DNA of 59,274 nucleotides, filler included, from Sphacelaria rigidula (GCA_964200075.2; 9 parts of 9 records of this genome joined end to end with filler, not necessarily neighbours in it); one strand, 5' to 3'. Shown: positions 23,850 to 36,509, counted from the whole stretch's first letter. Numbers and translations are program-made. The notes: generated from the sequence alone by a model not told the origin.

Positions 23850-26045
23850 GTGAAATCGTGAGCGCCGATTTTGACGCCGGGGGGTGTAATGTGATGGAGA
23901 CGACCATCGTGAAGGGGAAGAAGAAGAAAGGAGCCCTGCAGCTTTATCCGACAACCGTCCTATGCAGCGTAGAGACAAGGAGAGGGAAGAAATATAAGGT
24001 GCGACACGCACGCGCTTCAAGCGTTGCTCCCATTCCGGAAACTCATGCGTCTAATCGCCCACGGGGAATAAGGCAACTCAGTGTACCCCGCTAGCATGCA
24101 GGCACTCGCAGGGCCCTTCCGAAACAGCGGTTCTACGAGGTTTCCAGGACCATCTTCGTGTGTGTTTGATACCGAATTACTCTCGAACTACACAATTCAG
24201 ATTTCCACTGGCACGTTCGGGGAGCTGATGCAGGCGAACAAGGCGTTGCTGACGGATCCTGGACTCATGAGCTCAGAGGTAAAGGGGCTCGTACTGGGCT
24301 TGTTTCAACATATCACTTGAAATGCAACCTATTGGTGTGGCGACGATATGTCAATAACCATCTCTTGCGTTGCTACTTGGTGCCCGGAGCAGGATAGACT
24401 CCCTCGCGCACGGACGAACTTATACGCGCCTGAAACGTTGACCGTGGCGCGTTGTGGTCCCGCCTTGGGGTACCTGTAACCATTAAATTCGGTCAATTTA
24501 GCCAAGCGCCAAATCCACGGTCTCACAAAATGGTGTATCTCAAAACATTCAAGGACAGCCAACCTGTTCGCTTTGTTCTGGCAAAAATAGGCTCTGCTTA
24601 CCCCCAGCGGAGGAACTGGTGGTACTACATGCACACCCACGACGGCATTGCTATCTACATCCAATACGTACGAACCCTCATCTTTTTTCTCGTTCGTGTC
24701 CTGTCTAATGACAAGCCAGTGAAGAATGACACGAAGGTCTTGCTTCTCTCCGTTCTCCCCCGCTCCTGTCCCGTCGATTTCCGCAGCCACTAGGAAGAGG
24801 GTGGGTGGCGATCGTGCGACTCAAGCCTCGAGATTTACGTCGTCTCAATGAGGTGGTCGGCGTTGTCGACAAACGATGACAAAAGTCGGGATAAGGGGCG
24901 GTCGTTGGATTTCGTTTCTACGGGGCTTGGTGTCTCGCTATCGGCGAGCCTGCTTTTTTTGTCGACCGTGCGCCTTACTTGAGCACCTAATCTATTATTC
25001 TGCAGCTCTGTGTGTGGTTGTATTCCTCTCGTGTTTACCTCAGCGCTGCGGTGACACAAGCCCATCAGCCCGGTGCTTCTTCGTTTGAGGCATCGAGAGG
25101 GATGGTTTTGGACGCATACCGCTAGGTCGAACATCGCTCTTTGACGTTGTGGGTTGGTCGCGCAGTTGTGGTGACTTGATACTGCCTTGACAGACCGTTG
25201 AGACGTCAGTAGCGCGTCGTTTGAAGTATCGAGAGGGGGATAATTTTGAAAACATACCGCTGGGTCGAGCACTGCTTTTCGACGTTGCGGGTTGGTCGCG
25301 CAGTTGTGATGTTTTTGGGAGGCTCGATACTGCCTTGACAGAGACCGTTGAGATATCAGTAGCGCCACCCATAGTTCACAAGATTGCCCCGCTCTGATAC
25401 GTGGGTGCTCATGGCGCGCACCTTCACCAGTCTGTAATCAAACACTTGTGCTCGAGTTGACTCAACTATTGCGGGTATATCGTCACGGGATATCCGACGC
25501 AAATCGTGAAACCATCACTACTGGACGGGGTGTTGTACGACGGAATAAATTTGCCGTCTTTGTCAGCCACGGTTTTCGCCGAGCGCGGAAAAAAGACTTG
25601 CAACGAAATAATATGTTCGCGATTGCAAGCACATATGGCGTCTTGAAGGTGACACGCGTACAGTACGTGGACCCGTTTATCACGGGTTTGTTTTACGGGT
25701 GGGGACCCCTGCGTGGCGACGCTCATGCTGTATCAGTATCGTTTGTTTGAAGTATTGTGCATGAACGAACAACCATACCACAAAGCCGCTCGAAGTGTTA
25801 TCACGGCCTGTTCTTTGCTGGAGTCAAAAGGTGCCCTGCCCCAAGACATGGATTTTCGAGGTATTGTGACGTTTCGAAGAGGCGAGCTGTATAGGAAAGC
25901 ACTGATCCCCGTTGCAATGACGGTTTCAACACGGAACATGCACCATACACACCAACTGTGTGGCCAAGGCGGAGGCTCATCCTTCGGGCATCGAGCACTG
26001 AATCTCGGAGCTACGGGAACTTTCAACGGTATGTTTATGGTTTAA
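23850..26045 (+). pseudogene. Decayed spliced gene of unknown function (paralogue of 26650-28060)
   Basis: AG/GT-bounded exon 24148-24278 (SCVFDTELLSNYTIQIS...SSE) and frameshifted ORFs 25448-26045; motif similarity to the contig-5 copy judged by eye. Confidence 0.4.
25081..25365. repeat. Tandem duplication of about 136 bp (2 copies)
   Basis: TCGTTTGAGGCATCGAGAGGG at 25081 and TCGTTTGAAGTATCGAGAGGG at 25217. Confidence 0.85.
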
Positions 26046-26289
26046 TCGTTGTCGGCGCTTTACAAAAGCTACTGCATCGCTCAACATGTACTACGTACAG
26101 TTGCGGTCGGCAATGAAGACGAATTGAAATGAAAAAATAAGACCAAACGTTTCACGACAACAAGAAGGTAAAGTTCGAGAGGCTACCTTACTCTGGGCGG
26201 CACAATCAAAAACAGCAAGGAACAGCCGATTTTTGAAAATGGGGTTGAAAAACAAAATGAGGTTCAACTCAAAAGTCGTGCTTTCCCTG

Positions 26290-26389
26290 NNNNNNNNNNN
26301 NNNNNNNNNNNNNNNNNNNNNNNNNNNNNNNNNTTAATTAATTAANNNNNNNNNNNNNNNNNNNNNNNNNNNNNNNNNNNNNNNNNNNN
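26290..26389. other. Artificial contig linker
   Basis: N44-TTAATTAATTAA-N44. Confidence 0.98.
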
Positions 26390-26649
26390 ACAGATATGCC
26401 ACTTCAGCCCCATATTTTGTTTGAACCCCAAAATATAAAATCGGCTGTTATAACGTGATGAATGTTGTATATATGTGTCACCGATTTACGGCACTCCCCG
26501 TCGTGCCTTTTGTGTAGGCCAAGGTAAACTTTATCGCTACCGAACTAAGACCTACCGAAGACCGCATGAAGGAGAAAGCAGGTGCGGGCATTGACTGCTG
26601 TTGTTGTCTCTTTTTTTTAACTTGACAAAAAATGCCAATATTTTGTTGC

Positions 26650-28060
26650 GGAGTGTGCTATTGCTAGTTCGTCACGACAATATGCTTGGGGTAGTGTCTT
26701 TCAATTGAGGAGCGCTCGTTCCGTCACATCATCTGACATTCTTGTTCTGCTGAAAATTTCTGCATGTTCCCGCCATTATTCCTGCAGTGCGTATTTTGCG
26801 TGGTGGGGCAGGTTTTGGGACCCCCGTCCATGCTGTCAAGTGCTTGCAGGTTACACTATCCGGCTGCAATCCTGGAGAAAGTGCGAGTGAGGAGGGACTC
26901 GTTGGAGGCTACGGTCTCCCCTTCAACATCAAGCCGCCCGCGAACCCCCACGTTTGAAAACCTCATCCGGTCATCGGGAAATTCGCCGGACTGTACCTAT
27001 CCCCTGATGCACCTCATAAACCAAATCACGGCCCGCAGTGTCGAGCTTCGTTTGGTGGGATCAGGATGTGTGACGAGTTGGCGGGCGTCAATCTCAACCC
27101 GCACGAGCAGAATCATGCGAAGAAAAAAGGTACTTGAGTTCTCTGAATATGATGGGCTGTGATTCCTTCGCTGTCATGGTGACTCTCGTAAATGAACTCG
27201 AAAACCAGGCTATCAACCGGAGGTCAGTGGATCGCCTCGTGGAGAGCGTCGCAGGGCATGCCGTCGTGAGCTGTAAACTGTACCTCTGGAACTGCGGGCG
27301 GTGCTGTTGTAGAACCCCTCTTATGCGATCTTTCGATCGGTTCGGTAGAATTGTCATGACCTTTCGGCATGAAGGCTTGGTTTTGTAAGGCTTTCGGCTG
27401 ATGACTTTTGATCGAAGCTCCTGTTGCAGGTGCAAGAGAATGCTTCTCGAGGTTTGTAATTTAAAAAATTCGATTTTACCGAGTTTGCGCTAGCGCTGTG
27501 TGGTGTCCTGACCTTTTCTACGGCGGTTTTATGTCGATTAGGAACGTACTTGCGCGAAATGGGAATACCGGCCTGTAATGAAATGTTATGTTGTCTACCA
27601 TACCCTTAATGAACTTGGTTGCCGTGCAGACCCCGCTTGGAATCGTTGCACGACCTGGGGCGGTCGACGGCCGTTTTCTTTGGCCCCATCAGGTTTACGC
27701 AGCTACAGTTTTCGGACTTGGGAGCTGCTTTTTTTTAAACATAAAACCGTCGATGCAAGAAAAGTGACCGAAGTTTACGAGGGAAAGGAATGCAGAAAGT
27801 TGAAAACAAAATTAACTGCGGTGCATCGCATGGAACCTGGTTCCAGAATGCATTAAGTACCTCGTGAGCGACATTGGCGGATGTCATCCCAATCTCAGCA
27901 GTTTTCCAGCTGCTCAGTAGGCTCGAAATTTGTCGTTTTGATTGGCATGCAGATTTTGCCTCTTCGAATACGCCGCTTTTCTTCGGCGGGGAGGCCGTCG
28001 GGGGCTCGCTCTCATCAACGACGACAAAACAAATAGCCCAGGATAACAATACTTTCTGGT
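26650..28060 (-). pseudogene. Decayed spliced gene of unknown function (paralogue of 23850-26045)
   Basis: Exon ending SGVFEE...QISS...AHE|GT at 27861; acceptor at 27421-27422, then ELRSKV...; frameshifted LRAVIWFMRC...GEFPDDRMRF. Confidence 0.4.
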
Positions 28061-28515
28061 ACCGGGCGAGGTCTCGCCGTCACACCTTCGCGTAAATTTC
28101 CGTTGCGTGGGTGTTTCATTCCATTTCCTGAGTTGCAGGCGCTCGGCGATCGCGGGTATGAATGAATGCCGGACGTCAACAGGGCTGACAAATAGCCGAT
28201 CCCATCAGCTTGATTTTCCCTGACCACCTGTGCACGGCTGAGTTTTGAGTCATCACGACCTGGAATGTTGCACGAGCAACCCACGTGCACGCAGCCCAGA
28301 CACGCGGAATGGCGCAAAAGTTACGTGGATACCCCTTGGACCAGCGCTCAACTTTTTTCCCCCTTTCGGATAATCAGCCCGAAGAAACCGTGAATTTGGT
28401 GATTTTGAGTCGCGACGATCTCTCCTTAGGCTACTTCTTATGTATCAAAAATAAAATTGTTGAAAAGTGCATTTTTGGCCCTTCTCCGTCGTTTTTCCCT
28501 CGGAAAGAGGACTAG

Positions 28516-29051
28516 TGTCATGAGGAAGGAAGATAGAGAGGCGTTATTTGTTCCTTCAGACAGTTTTGGGGCAGGTTGGCTCACAGATCACTCGATCCAG
28601 CCATGGGAATGCTTCCAAAGTTCTGGGAAAGGTTGATGTACAGGCTGCGTTCTAGGGAAGATTAGTGTGCAGGCTGACATGCCCTGGCCCCGAGGAGGCA
28701 AACGCCTTCTCGGGCCGAATTCAGATAGGTTGCGTCGCATGTACCCATGCATCCTCGCTCACTCTTGAGCTATCCTTCGAGCCGGACCATCTGCTCCTAC
28801 TGTTTACCACTGGTGAGAACAGTGTGCTGGGCGATCACGGGGATAATCAGTGAGAGTTAAAAAGATATCAAGCCTTTGAGCTCCTTTTGTTTGTTGCTAC
28901 TGTGACCAACAGTCACGTGAACCTGCACGTGTGCATTTGCAGCTTGCTTTACTCGGACACCTGGTGCGTTTGTGCACCTACTCAAGCCTGCAGCACACTG
29001 ATCATAGCTAGGAAGGCGTTGGACCTTGTGTCTACCCTCATCTATATCACA
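28516..29051 (+). mobile_element. 5' LTR of an LTR retrotransposon
   Basis: TG...CA, 536 bp, near-identical to the reverse complement of 5877-6447; followed by a TGG-starting PBS-like site and a gag-like ORF. Confidence 0.85.
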
Positions 29052-29052
29052 C

Positions 29053-29066
29053 TGGCGTACGACGAG
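29053..29066 (+). promoter_or_regulatory. Primer-binding-site-like motif
   Basis: TGGCGTACGACGAG one base after the LTR end; the primer tRNA was not identified. Confidence 0.55.
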
Positions 29067-31070
29067 TTGGCCGTGTTTTGCTTGGTTTTTCAGTAGCCCG
29101 CGCGTCTTCTCACAGCCTTGCCGCGTTGTCAAGCTGTCCCTTTCTGAAGCCCTTTGCTGCTCCTCACTTTTGGTTCATCTGTATTTTGACCCCCCCCGGT
29201 TAGGAGCAGTTCCAACAGTCCTTCGTTTTCATTTAGCTTTTAGAGTGCTCTTCTTTCCCTGTACAACAGTGCTGCCTCCCTGCATTTGTTTCCGCTACAT
29301 TCCCGCCGCAGCAGCAACGAGTGCAACCTGCCCTTTGCCCCTCTCTTGTTCGGGTCGCTCCTTTGGTTGGACGACACCCTTGCTTGGTAGTGCCGTTGTT
29401 CTGTTTCCATCGTCCTTTTCAACCCGCCCAACGTGGGGTCAACTGGGTTGTTGTACAACCTTCACGAACAGTTGACATATCCCTTACTGAACCGATACCG
29501 AACACGCCGCTTCTCTCTTACGGTGACATCGACTATACCTTTTCTCCTTGAGAACGTCGCCACTTGTGTGCCGCTGCTGTGCTTATAGTGAGGTGTCCTT
29601 TCACTTTTGACACTGACTACTTGAGTGTATTCATACTTCTCTGGCGCGACTAATTGCGTTGCCAGCTCTGCCGCACCACCGTTCAGGTCGTCGCGCCTGC
29701 CGCCCCAGCGTGTAGAGTACTGTCGCACACACAAATCGTTTTTCCGCGCGATCATCTGCACCAACCTACTCGATACATTCGGTGCTGTCATCTTTCGCCG
29801 CACCTCTCCCCAGGTTTTCTATTACACACCGCTCTGCTACTACATTTTTCGCTGGGTGAGCACTACGTGGTCAATTTTTCACCTTTGGGTCGCGCATTCC
29901 CCAACGCGCTCTTCATTTTTCTGCGAGTACTGGTGAATAAATATATATTATCTTTCGCGCGGGTACTACACACACGTTTTCTTCTCTTTTCCTGTTAGCC
30001 TTGGCCAGCGTGTTCCATTTTTTCCCTCTGGTGCTCCACCACCTGGATCCCTTTACATTTCCCTGAATTCTTGTTCGAAATTTTTCGCATTCCCCTTAGC
30101 CTTTCAGCTTGGCACCGACCTGCACCAACAACTCGTGTTTCAGTCGACTGCTACAGCGGTCTTCTCTCGAACCCCTGCACTTCAATTCTCTGTTTCACAC
30201 TTTCGTAGCCGCACTTTTAATTCTCTTTCTGTCTAGACTTTCACAGATACACGTCGCCATCCTTTTTAGCAACGTATTCTACATTAGTATTGGTGCCCTC
30301 TTCGGCGGTCTCGAGTAGTGTTTTTCTATACCTCCTGTGTGCGGTATTTTTACTTGCCCCACTGCAATACCCTTCTCCAGTGTGTGCCTGATCACTACGT
30401 ATACCTGTCATCTTTGCCGTGCGCAGCGCGCTCGTAGGACATTTTGTCCAAGTGTCTCTCTCCTTTCACAGTCGCCTCATTACTAGGTTTTACTCTTGCA
30501 TCAAACCCCTCGTGCGACCACTATTAGGCTTCTCTCGGTATATCTGTGAGCTTGTTCCCTTGCGACTATTTACGCATTGGTACGCTCTCCGCGCGCCCCC
30601 TCTACTTCCCCATAATTACAGCTTTCTCTGGAGGTGTCTTATTTCCGCCGCAGGTTCTCCCTTTTTGACGCTTCATCAGCTCTACCTTTTTGCGCTGCTG
30701 TTTGCCTTTTGGTACTTGAAATTGCCGCGATTACACTGTTTGTTATTTATTATCACAGCAGTCTACTCTAGTTTGGTATAACACTGTTTCTAAAATTCTT
30801 TAGTCTTTACTGCTTAATTTTTCCTTTTTTTTTCGGTACTTACCATCTCCTGCCGAGTCTAAACTACCTCCTACTATTATTTTCCCAGAACCTTTATACT
30901 CTGGTATCTGACGTCTATTTTTACTTCTTCACCTTAATATGAAACAACCGCAGAAAATAACTTTTCCCTCGGTATTGCCTACTTACGAATCTTTACGCCG
31001 TCAGCGTTTGCTTTCATCAATCCCTCCAAAACCAAAACCCTTTACTATTACTTCCCCTGTACACGAAGAA

Positions 31071-32886
31071 ATGAAATCCGACAGAGCTTCGACTCGCAGC
31101 TCTGGCGACTACACGTCTCAAGACTTAGCTACTGCTGGTGCCCATCATCGCCACCTGACCTTACTGCCTCAGACTCGGCTCCGGCGCCTGCCCCCGAGCC
31201 CCACAGGGACGATCGCCCCCTGCTGGGCGTCGAGCATTGCCCGCTGGGCCTTCCGCCCCGGCTTTGATTTCGTGGTACACGCTCGGATCAAGAACAAATC
31301 CTTACGGAGTACCAGGCATTTCAACCGGACACGTCCCCTGCGCCACCCTCGCCCCGCCAAACGGCAGACGTCAACGCCCCCCGTCACCTTCTGGACGACT
31401 TGGTGGAACGCCTGGCACGCCAACGCCAGGTCGTTGCTTCTGCATCCAGCCGTCAGCGGGCGGCTCAACGTACCCTTGACGAACGCCTCGCTACGCTCGG
31501 CCAACTCCAGGATTCAGTATGCCGTGATGAACATCGTCTCCGTCAATGCGAGACTGCGACTCAAACTGCGACTCAAACTGCGACTACGGCGCTCCGTTCC
31601 ATGGAACAGGAACATCATCTTCCTCTGCTCCGGACCACGCCGGCAGAGCCTGCACCTGCCGCCACTATTCCTGGTTCCCGCACCGACCGCGAACCTTCGC
31701 GCTCACGCGCTGCTGCCGCGGCTTCTGCGGCCTCGCCCACGCTTCCCCAGCCTGCCCCACTGCAAGCCCCTCGAACTTCGGCGCCCCCCGCTGCCACGTC
31801 CGGGCTGCACCTGCAGAGTAGCGAACGAGCTTGGTTCAGTTGGACGCTCCACCAACTTTCGGGGGAGTACAATAGCAACAACGTACTCCGCGCCTCAGAG
31901 CAGGCTTGGAGCTCCCTTCTCCTGCCCGTAACTGGCGTCATCGTCCCCTTCCTCGAACAAGGTGGACAGCTCCCGCGAAACGACCCCGGCGCTCTCACCA
32001 TCGAAAGAATCGTATTTTATCTTACGATTGGTACCAGGGACACTCGTTCTCACTATGAGACCGCCGTCGCCGCCCTCTTCGCCGCCATGAGGGCAGCCCG
32101 CAACACACTGCCGCCCGACAATGATGGAACCTGGATCACGCCTCACCCCCCTCGCCACCGCCGTCGTGATGACGACTCTGACGACGACCACCCCGGCGCT
32201 ACACCGCGCCGTGGCCACGGGACCCCCCGCAGCACAAACAACGGTCGCCGTACAACCAGAGGCAGCCATAAACGGTCTGGTCACCAGTCTTCAGGTTCAT
32301 CGACTTCTAGATCCCGTCAGCACACCTCGACGCGATCCATGCGGCCCTCACCGGTCGTCAGGCAAGTAACGCCGCCTTTAGCTGATGCGTCTGCTCGCAT
32401 CTTAGGTCTCACGGATAGTGATGGTGATAATTCGGCCCGCCCACTGTCTTCCAACTCGGCTCGGTCACTAGCTGCTGCCGCCGCCGCTAAACAACAAGCT
32501 GCGGCTGACAAAGCCGCTGCTGATAATTGTAGAGAAGCTTCTCGTGTCGCCGCGATCAAGCGCGAATATTTGGAGATGGATGTTAAGAAATTATGGCATA
32601 TCAAAACCATGCCTGCTGCAGACAGTGAGGACTCTGGTCAGTTTACGTCCGATCTCATTTCCTCAATGCGTCGAACGATGCGCAACATCCTTGAGTTGGC
32701 CGATGCAACTGGTCAACAACGTTTCGAAGACTCTGACTGGATCGATGGCTGGCAAACACCGCTACGTAAGGCTTTGCACCGCTCAATCAGCCGTCGCTCC
32801 CCCGACGTTGTTGCCTCTTTGACGCAGATTCTCGATTCCTTCTTCACCGCCGTGGACCAAGATCGTGCCCGTGGGCAAACAGCGCC
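31071..32886 (+). pseudogene. gag-like ORF of the LTR element (frameshift near 31140, stop at 31265), open at contig end
   Basis: About 500 open codons from 31268, low-complexity and helical in character, downstream of LTR and PBS. No diagnostic motif within the window. Confidence 0.55.
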
Positions 32887-32986
32887 NNNNNNNNNNNNNN
32901 NNNNNNNNNNNNNNNNNNNNNNNNNNNNNNTTAATTAATTAANNNNNNNNNNNNNNNNNNNNNNNNNNNNNNNNNNNNNNNNNNNN
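32887..32986. other. Artificial contig linker
   Basis: N44-TTAATTAATTAA-N44. Confidence 0.98.
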
Positions 32987-33097
32987 AAAGGACTAAGGCA
33001 AGCAACAAATGAGTACGCCCCCCCCCGTCTCGAAAGGGATGCGTGGTCAATGGTCAAACGACTAAGGCAAGCAACAAATGAATACGCCCCCCCCCCC
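32987..33097 (+). repeat. Tandem poly(C)-ended module (M3)
   Basis: GGGATGCGTGGTCAATGGTCAAACGACTAAGGCAAGCAACAAATGARTACGCCCCC; also at 39600-39738 and 55489-55560. Confidence 0.85.
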
Positions 33098-33857
33098 TAC
33101 ATTCTGTCTTTTCGTGCCACGGTAATGGGCGCTAAATTTCTGAATAAAGGCTATTGCGAGAAACAACAATAGCAGCAGCAGCAGCAGCAACAACAACATA
33201 CATAGCGTACGGTACCGCTTTTTTTTTACCGGAAATATTTTCCCTTTTTTGTTTTCATGCTTCGGGGCACGTGTATATTATTCACACACAACATGGGGCT
33301 CGTTTATTCAAACCGACCCGAAGGGTAGTAGTGGCTTACTAACTGTGTTGAACAGACCTGCTTGTCGTAGTCTAAAGTGTCTTTCTCTCGATCTCGATTT
33401 GACAGTTCGCATGAACACATATCAAGTATGTCCGTTACGTATCTGGAATTTTTACAGAGGTGTACTGTACAGCGGGGAAACACCCGCCCTCCCGTATTTG
33501 CCCTTCTTATTTTTCGGACACAAATCATATCTTCGACCATTGCATCGAAGAGCATCGTAAAGCCCACCCTTGAGATGGAGATATATTTTGACCAAGTGCA
33601 AAACTGGCCGTGAGCACCGATTGGTCTGCCTGGACCACTCTTCACCTCGGGTCAGGGGTTGAGGACTACCGAATTAACGGTACAGTGGGGGCGGGGAAGG
33701 GGTGGGGGGGGGTCACAGCATAGCGCATTGGGTCTCCATCCCGCCATGACTGCATTATGCTGGGACCCCGCCCGCGATGTAGTGGAATGGTGGAGTAGTG
33801 CATTTACTTGATTTTCGTATACAGGATTGGACTTGTGACAAGTTGTTTTTCATGCAC

Positions 33858-34440
33858 TGTGTTGGGACCCCACGCTTTGGAAGATCACACTATGTTGGGA
33901 CCCGCACTGTGGAAGACCGCAACGTGGTGAGACGTCGCGCTCTGGGAGACCGCACTATGCCGGGACCCTGCACCTTGGAAGTCCGCAATGTTGTGGGACC
34001 TCGCACTTTGGATAGCCGCACTGTAGCGGCACCCCGCAATATGAATGGCTGCGCTGTGTTGGGACCTCGCACTGTGGATGACCGTACTATCTTGGGACCT
34101 CGCACTTTGGAAGACCGCACTGTTGTGGGACCTCGCACTTTGCATGACCGCACTGTTGTGGATACCCTCACTTCTGATGACGGCGTTGTAGCGGCACCCC
34201 GCAATTTGCATGACCGCTCTATATGTTGGGACCCCGCACCTTTTGAAAGACGGCACTGTGCCGGGACCCCGCACTTTGGAAGACATGCTGGTGGGCACCC
34301 CGCACTCCAAAGGACCGAACTTTGTTGGGACCCTGCACTTTGAAAGACGGTACTGTGTTGGGACCCCGCACTTTGCGAGACCGCACTGTAGTGAGACCTC
34401 GCACTTTGGAGGACCGCACTGTAGCGGGATCTCCCACAGA
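33858..34440 (+). repeat. 33-bp minisatellite, about 17 diverged units
   Basis: Consensus close to TGTGTTGGGACCYCGCACTTTGGAAGACCGCAC; units are head-to-tail with no spacers. Confidence 0.92.
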
Positions 34441-34948
34441 ATATACATTGCACTTCCATATGAATACCCACAACAACTGGACGTAAATCTCTGGGACACA
34501 AGACATTTGCATGGATGAGCGCACGGGCTGGTGGTAGACAAGTATATCGAAATATATACTTTTTCGACATGTGGAGAATGAAGGACCAATATAATTGACA
34601 ACTCACGAGTTCGCTTGCAGTCTTCTACAGCACATAATACAGGAGGACTTTGATTTTTTCGTGCTTTGCCTTTTGCGTCAACTTTCGAGACACGGTACGT
34701 ACTTCCTCTGTTTGATCTTTTGGGAATTCCAACGTTGACGATCATCCTAAAGTTGGGTTCTTTAGAAAGATAAAGCGCAAGCAAAGCTGATGAAAAAAAA
34801 AGAAAAAAGAAAAAAAGTGTCAGTTATCAATACTTACATGATGTCAACGTATGCCCATTTTGGCACATTGCTGAGAATGAATATAAGCTTTTTTTTTTTG
34901 CGAATTCGTGTTTACCGCCCCAAACTTAGCCCACAGACAACACAAACG

Positions 34949-35150
34949 ATGGATGTGCCCCCTCGTACCCCTCCACCCCGCCGTGAGGGCGGTGAGCTGT
35001 CATTAGGCCGCCGCATTGTATTTGCGGTGGAGGTTGCGCTGGCTATGCCGCCGGGCAAATTGAGGGTGCCCAAGGTCTCGATGGGCCAAAGGGGCGAAAT
35101 ACGGCCATTTTTGGGTCGACTGATTTTTTCGTTCGGCCGCATGGTTCAAG
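34949..35150 (+). pseudogene. Internally deleted Tc1/mariner-like transposase remnant
   Basis: GGELSLGRRIVFAVEVALAMPPGKLRVPK is homologous to the peptide in 56763-57030; shares the 3' block AAAGGGGCGAAATACGGCCATTTTTGG. Confidence 0.65.
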
Positions 35151-36299
35151 CATCAGCTGAAAACAAAAACAACATGGTAATATTTGAAAAAAAAAGTCAA
35201 TAATTCAACAAAAAAACGACTACCAAATCGGACATGGTTAATTGCACAAACATAAGTTCTCAGACTTATGGGACAGACGAAGTATGTTTTCGTATATGGC
35301 ATCGAAATTCAGCCACGTCGGTGGTCTAAATATAAATGAGACACAGATGCCGTCAGTTTTAGACCAACTCTTGCGGGAGCAATTTGAACGGCTGGTGAAA
35401 AAAATATTTACACTGAACAGAGTTGGGACGATTTTGAACAAAAGCGACCCCCCCCCCAAATTTTGAACGGGCCCTCAATTTCGGCCAGGCATTCAAAATC
35501 GGGTAACGATTTCGAACACCTGGCCAAGCGTGAAGTCCCGTTTATTGTTAGGCGAAGAACTAAGGATTAGGAATTGCCACGTTTTACTGTACTTCAGGAC
35601 AGGCATACTCACGTTCTCACTGTCCTCTTTCATGTGCTGCAGCCCTTCAATGCACTGAGGTGTGTTTTTAGACCTTGCAAAGACGGTTTCGTCTCCGCTA
35701 GGATTGCCTGAGCCGCTGTAAGATTGTCGTGCTCCGCTCTGTATAAAGCAAAACCAATTATTGTCGGCACGCGGCGCTCTCTCAAGACAAGACATGTCTC
35801 TTGTCAAAGTCGAAATGCCGTCAGTGTTCGTTGTTGGATATCATTGTTGTGGGTTTTGGCAGTGAACAAGGCCTTTCGTGTCCAAACCCATCCTTCCTGT
35901 ACTGTAGCCGACACTGTCTGTAGTGTGGTGCATCCGCACCATGCGAAGACGGTTTGATCTCGGATTGCATGAACTGCTCTACCTTTGTTGTGTCCCGGTC
36001 GGCATACAATTTGTAGTCGGTACGCAGTTGCTCCCTTCTACACACTGTTGAAAACGTCATAATGGTGTGTGGGCTGTTTCGTTATCTGTACAATGAACAA
36101 AGCGCGTCGTGGCCACGCGTCCATCACCAACTCACCCACTTACTTGGGTATTTATCCATTTATTCACAAACGCACGTACTTTTTTACTGGTATCATTATT
36201 TTCGTATTTACTTGTTGTATTTATTTATTCACGCATTCATTATTGTTTACTTATTTATTTCGAGCGTCTTTTCTCGCTGATGTCGTACCGTAAAAAAAG

Positions 36300-36443
36300 G
36301 TGATGCGTTCTTCTCGAGATGGTCTTGACATCCACCGTCGCTTGAAACGGCTAGAGAAGGCGGCTGCAGAGACCGATCGGAGGCGCTCCGCTTCTGTAAG
36401 GCGGTCCGGCCGAGCCACCAGAGGCGCCGGCAGAGTCACAGAG
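36300..36443 (+). CDS. Candidate internal exon of an unidentified host gene
   Basis: AG/GT-bounded, 48 open codons VMRSSRDGLDIHRRLKRLEKAAAETD...VTE, GC-rich within AT-rich flank. Confidence 0.45.
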
Positions 36444-36509
36444 GTAACACTGTCGCTCTGAATAAACGAGGTTCGCAGCTTGCTAGGATCGACTGATTTT
36501 GGGGCTATT

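Noticed and set aside
26221..26449. Inverted repeat spanning the linker as one hairpin or the TIR pair of one element
   Set aside because: The two arms lie on different contigs joined by size order, so they were treated as two family members.
33858..34440. CRISPR array (33-bp periodicity)
   Set aside because: Units are contiguous and diverged, with no unique spacers and no cas genes; the context is eukaryotic.
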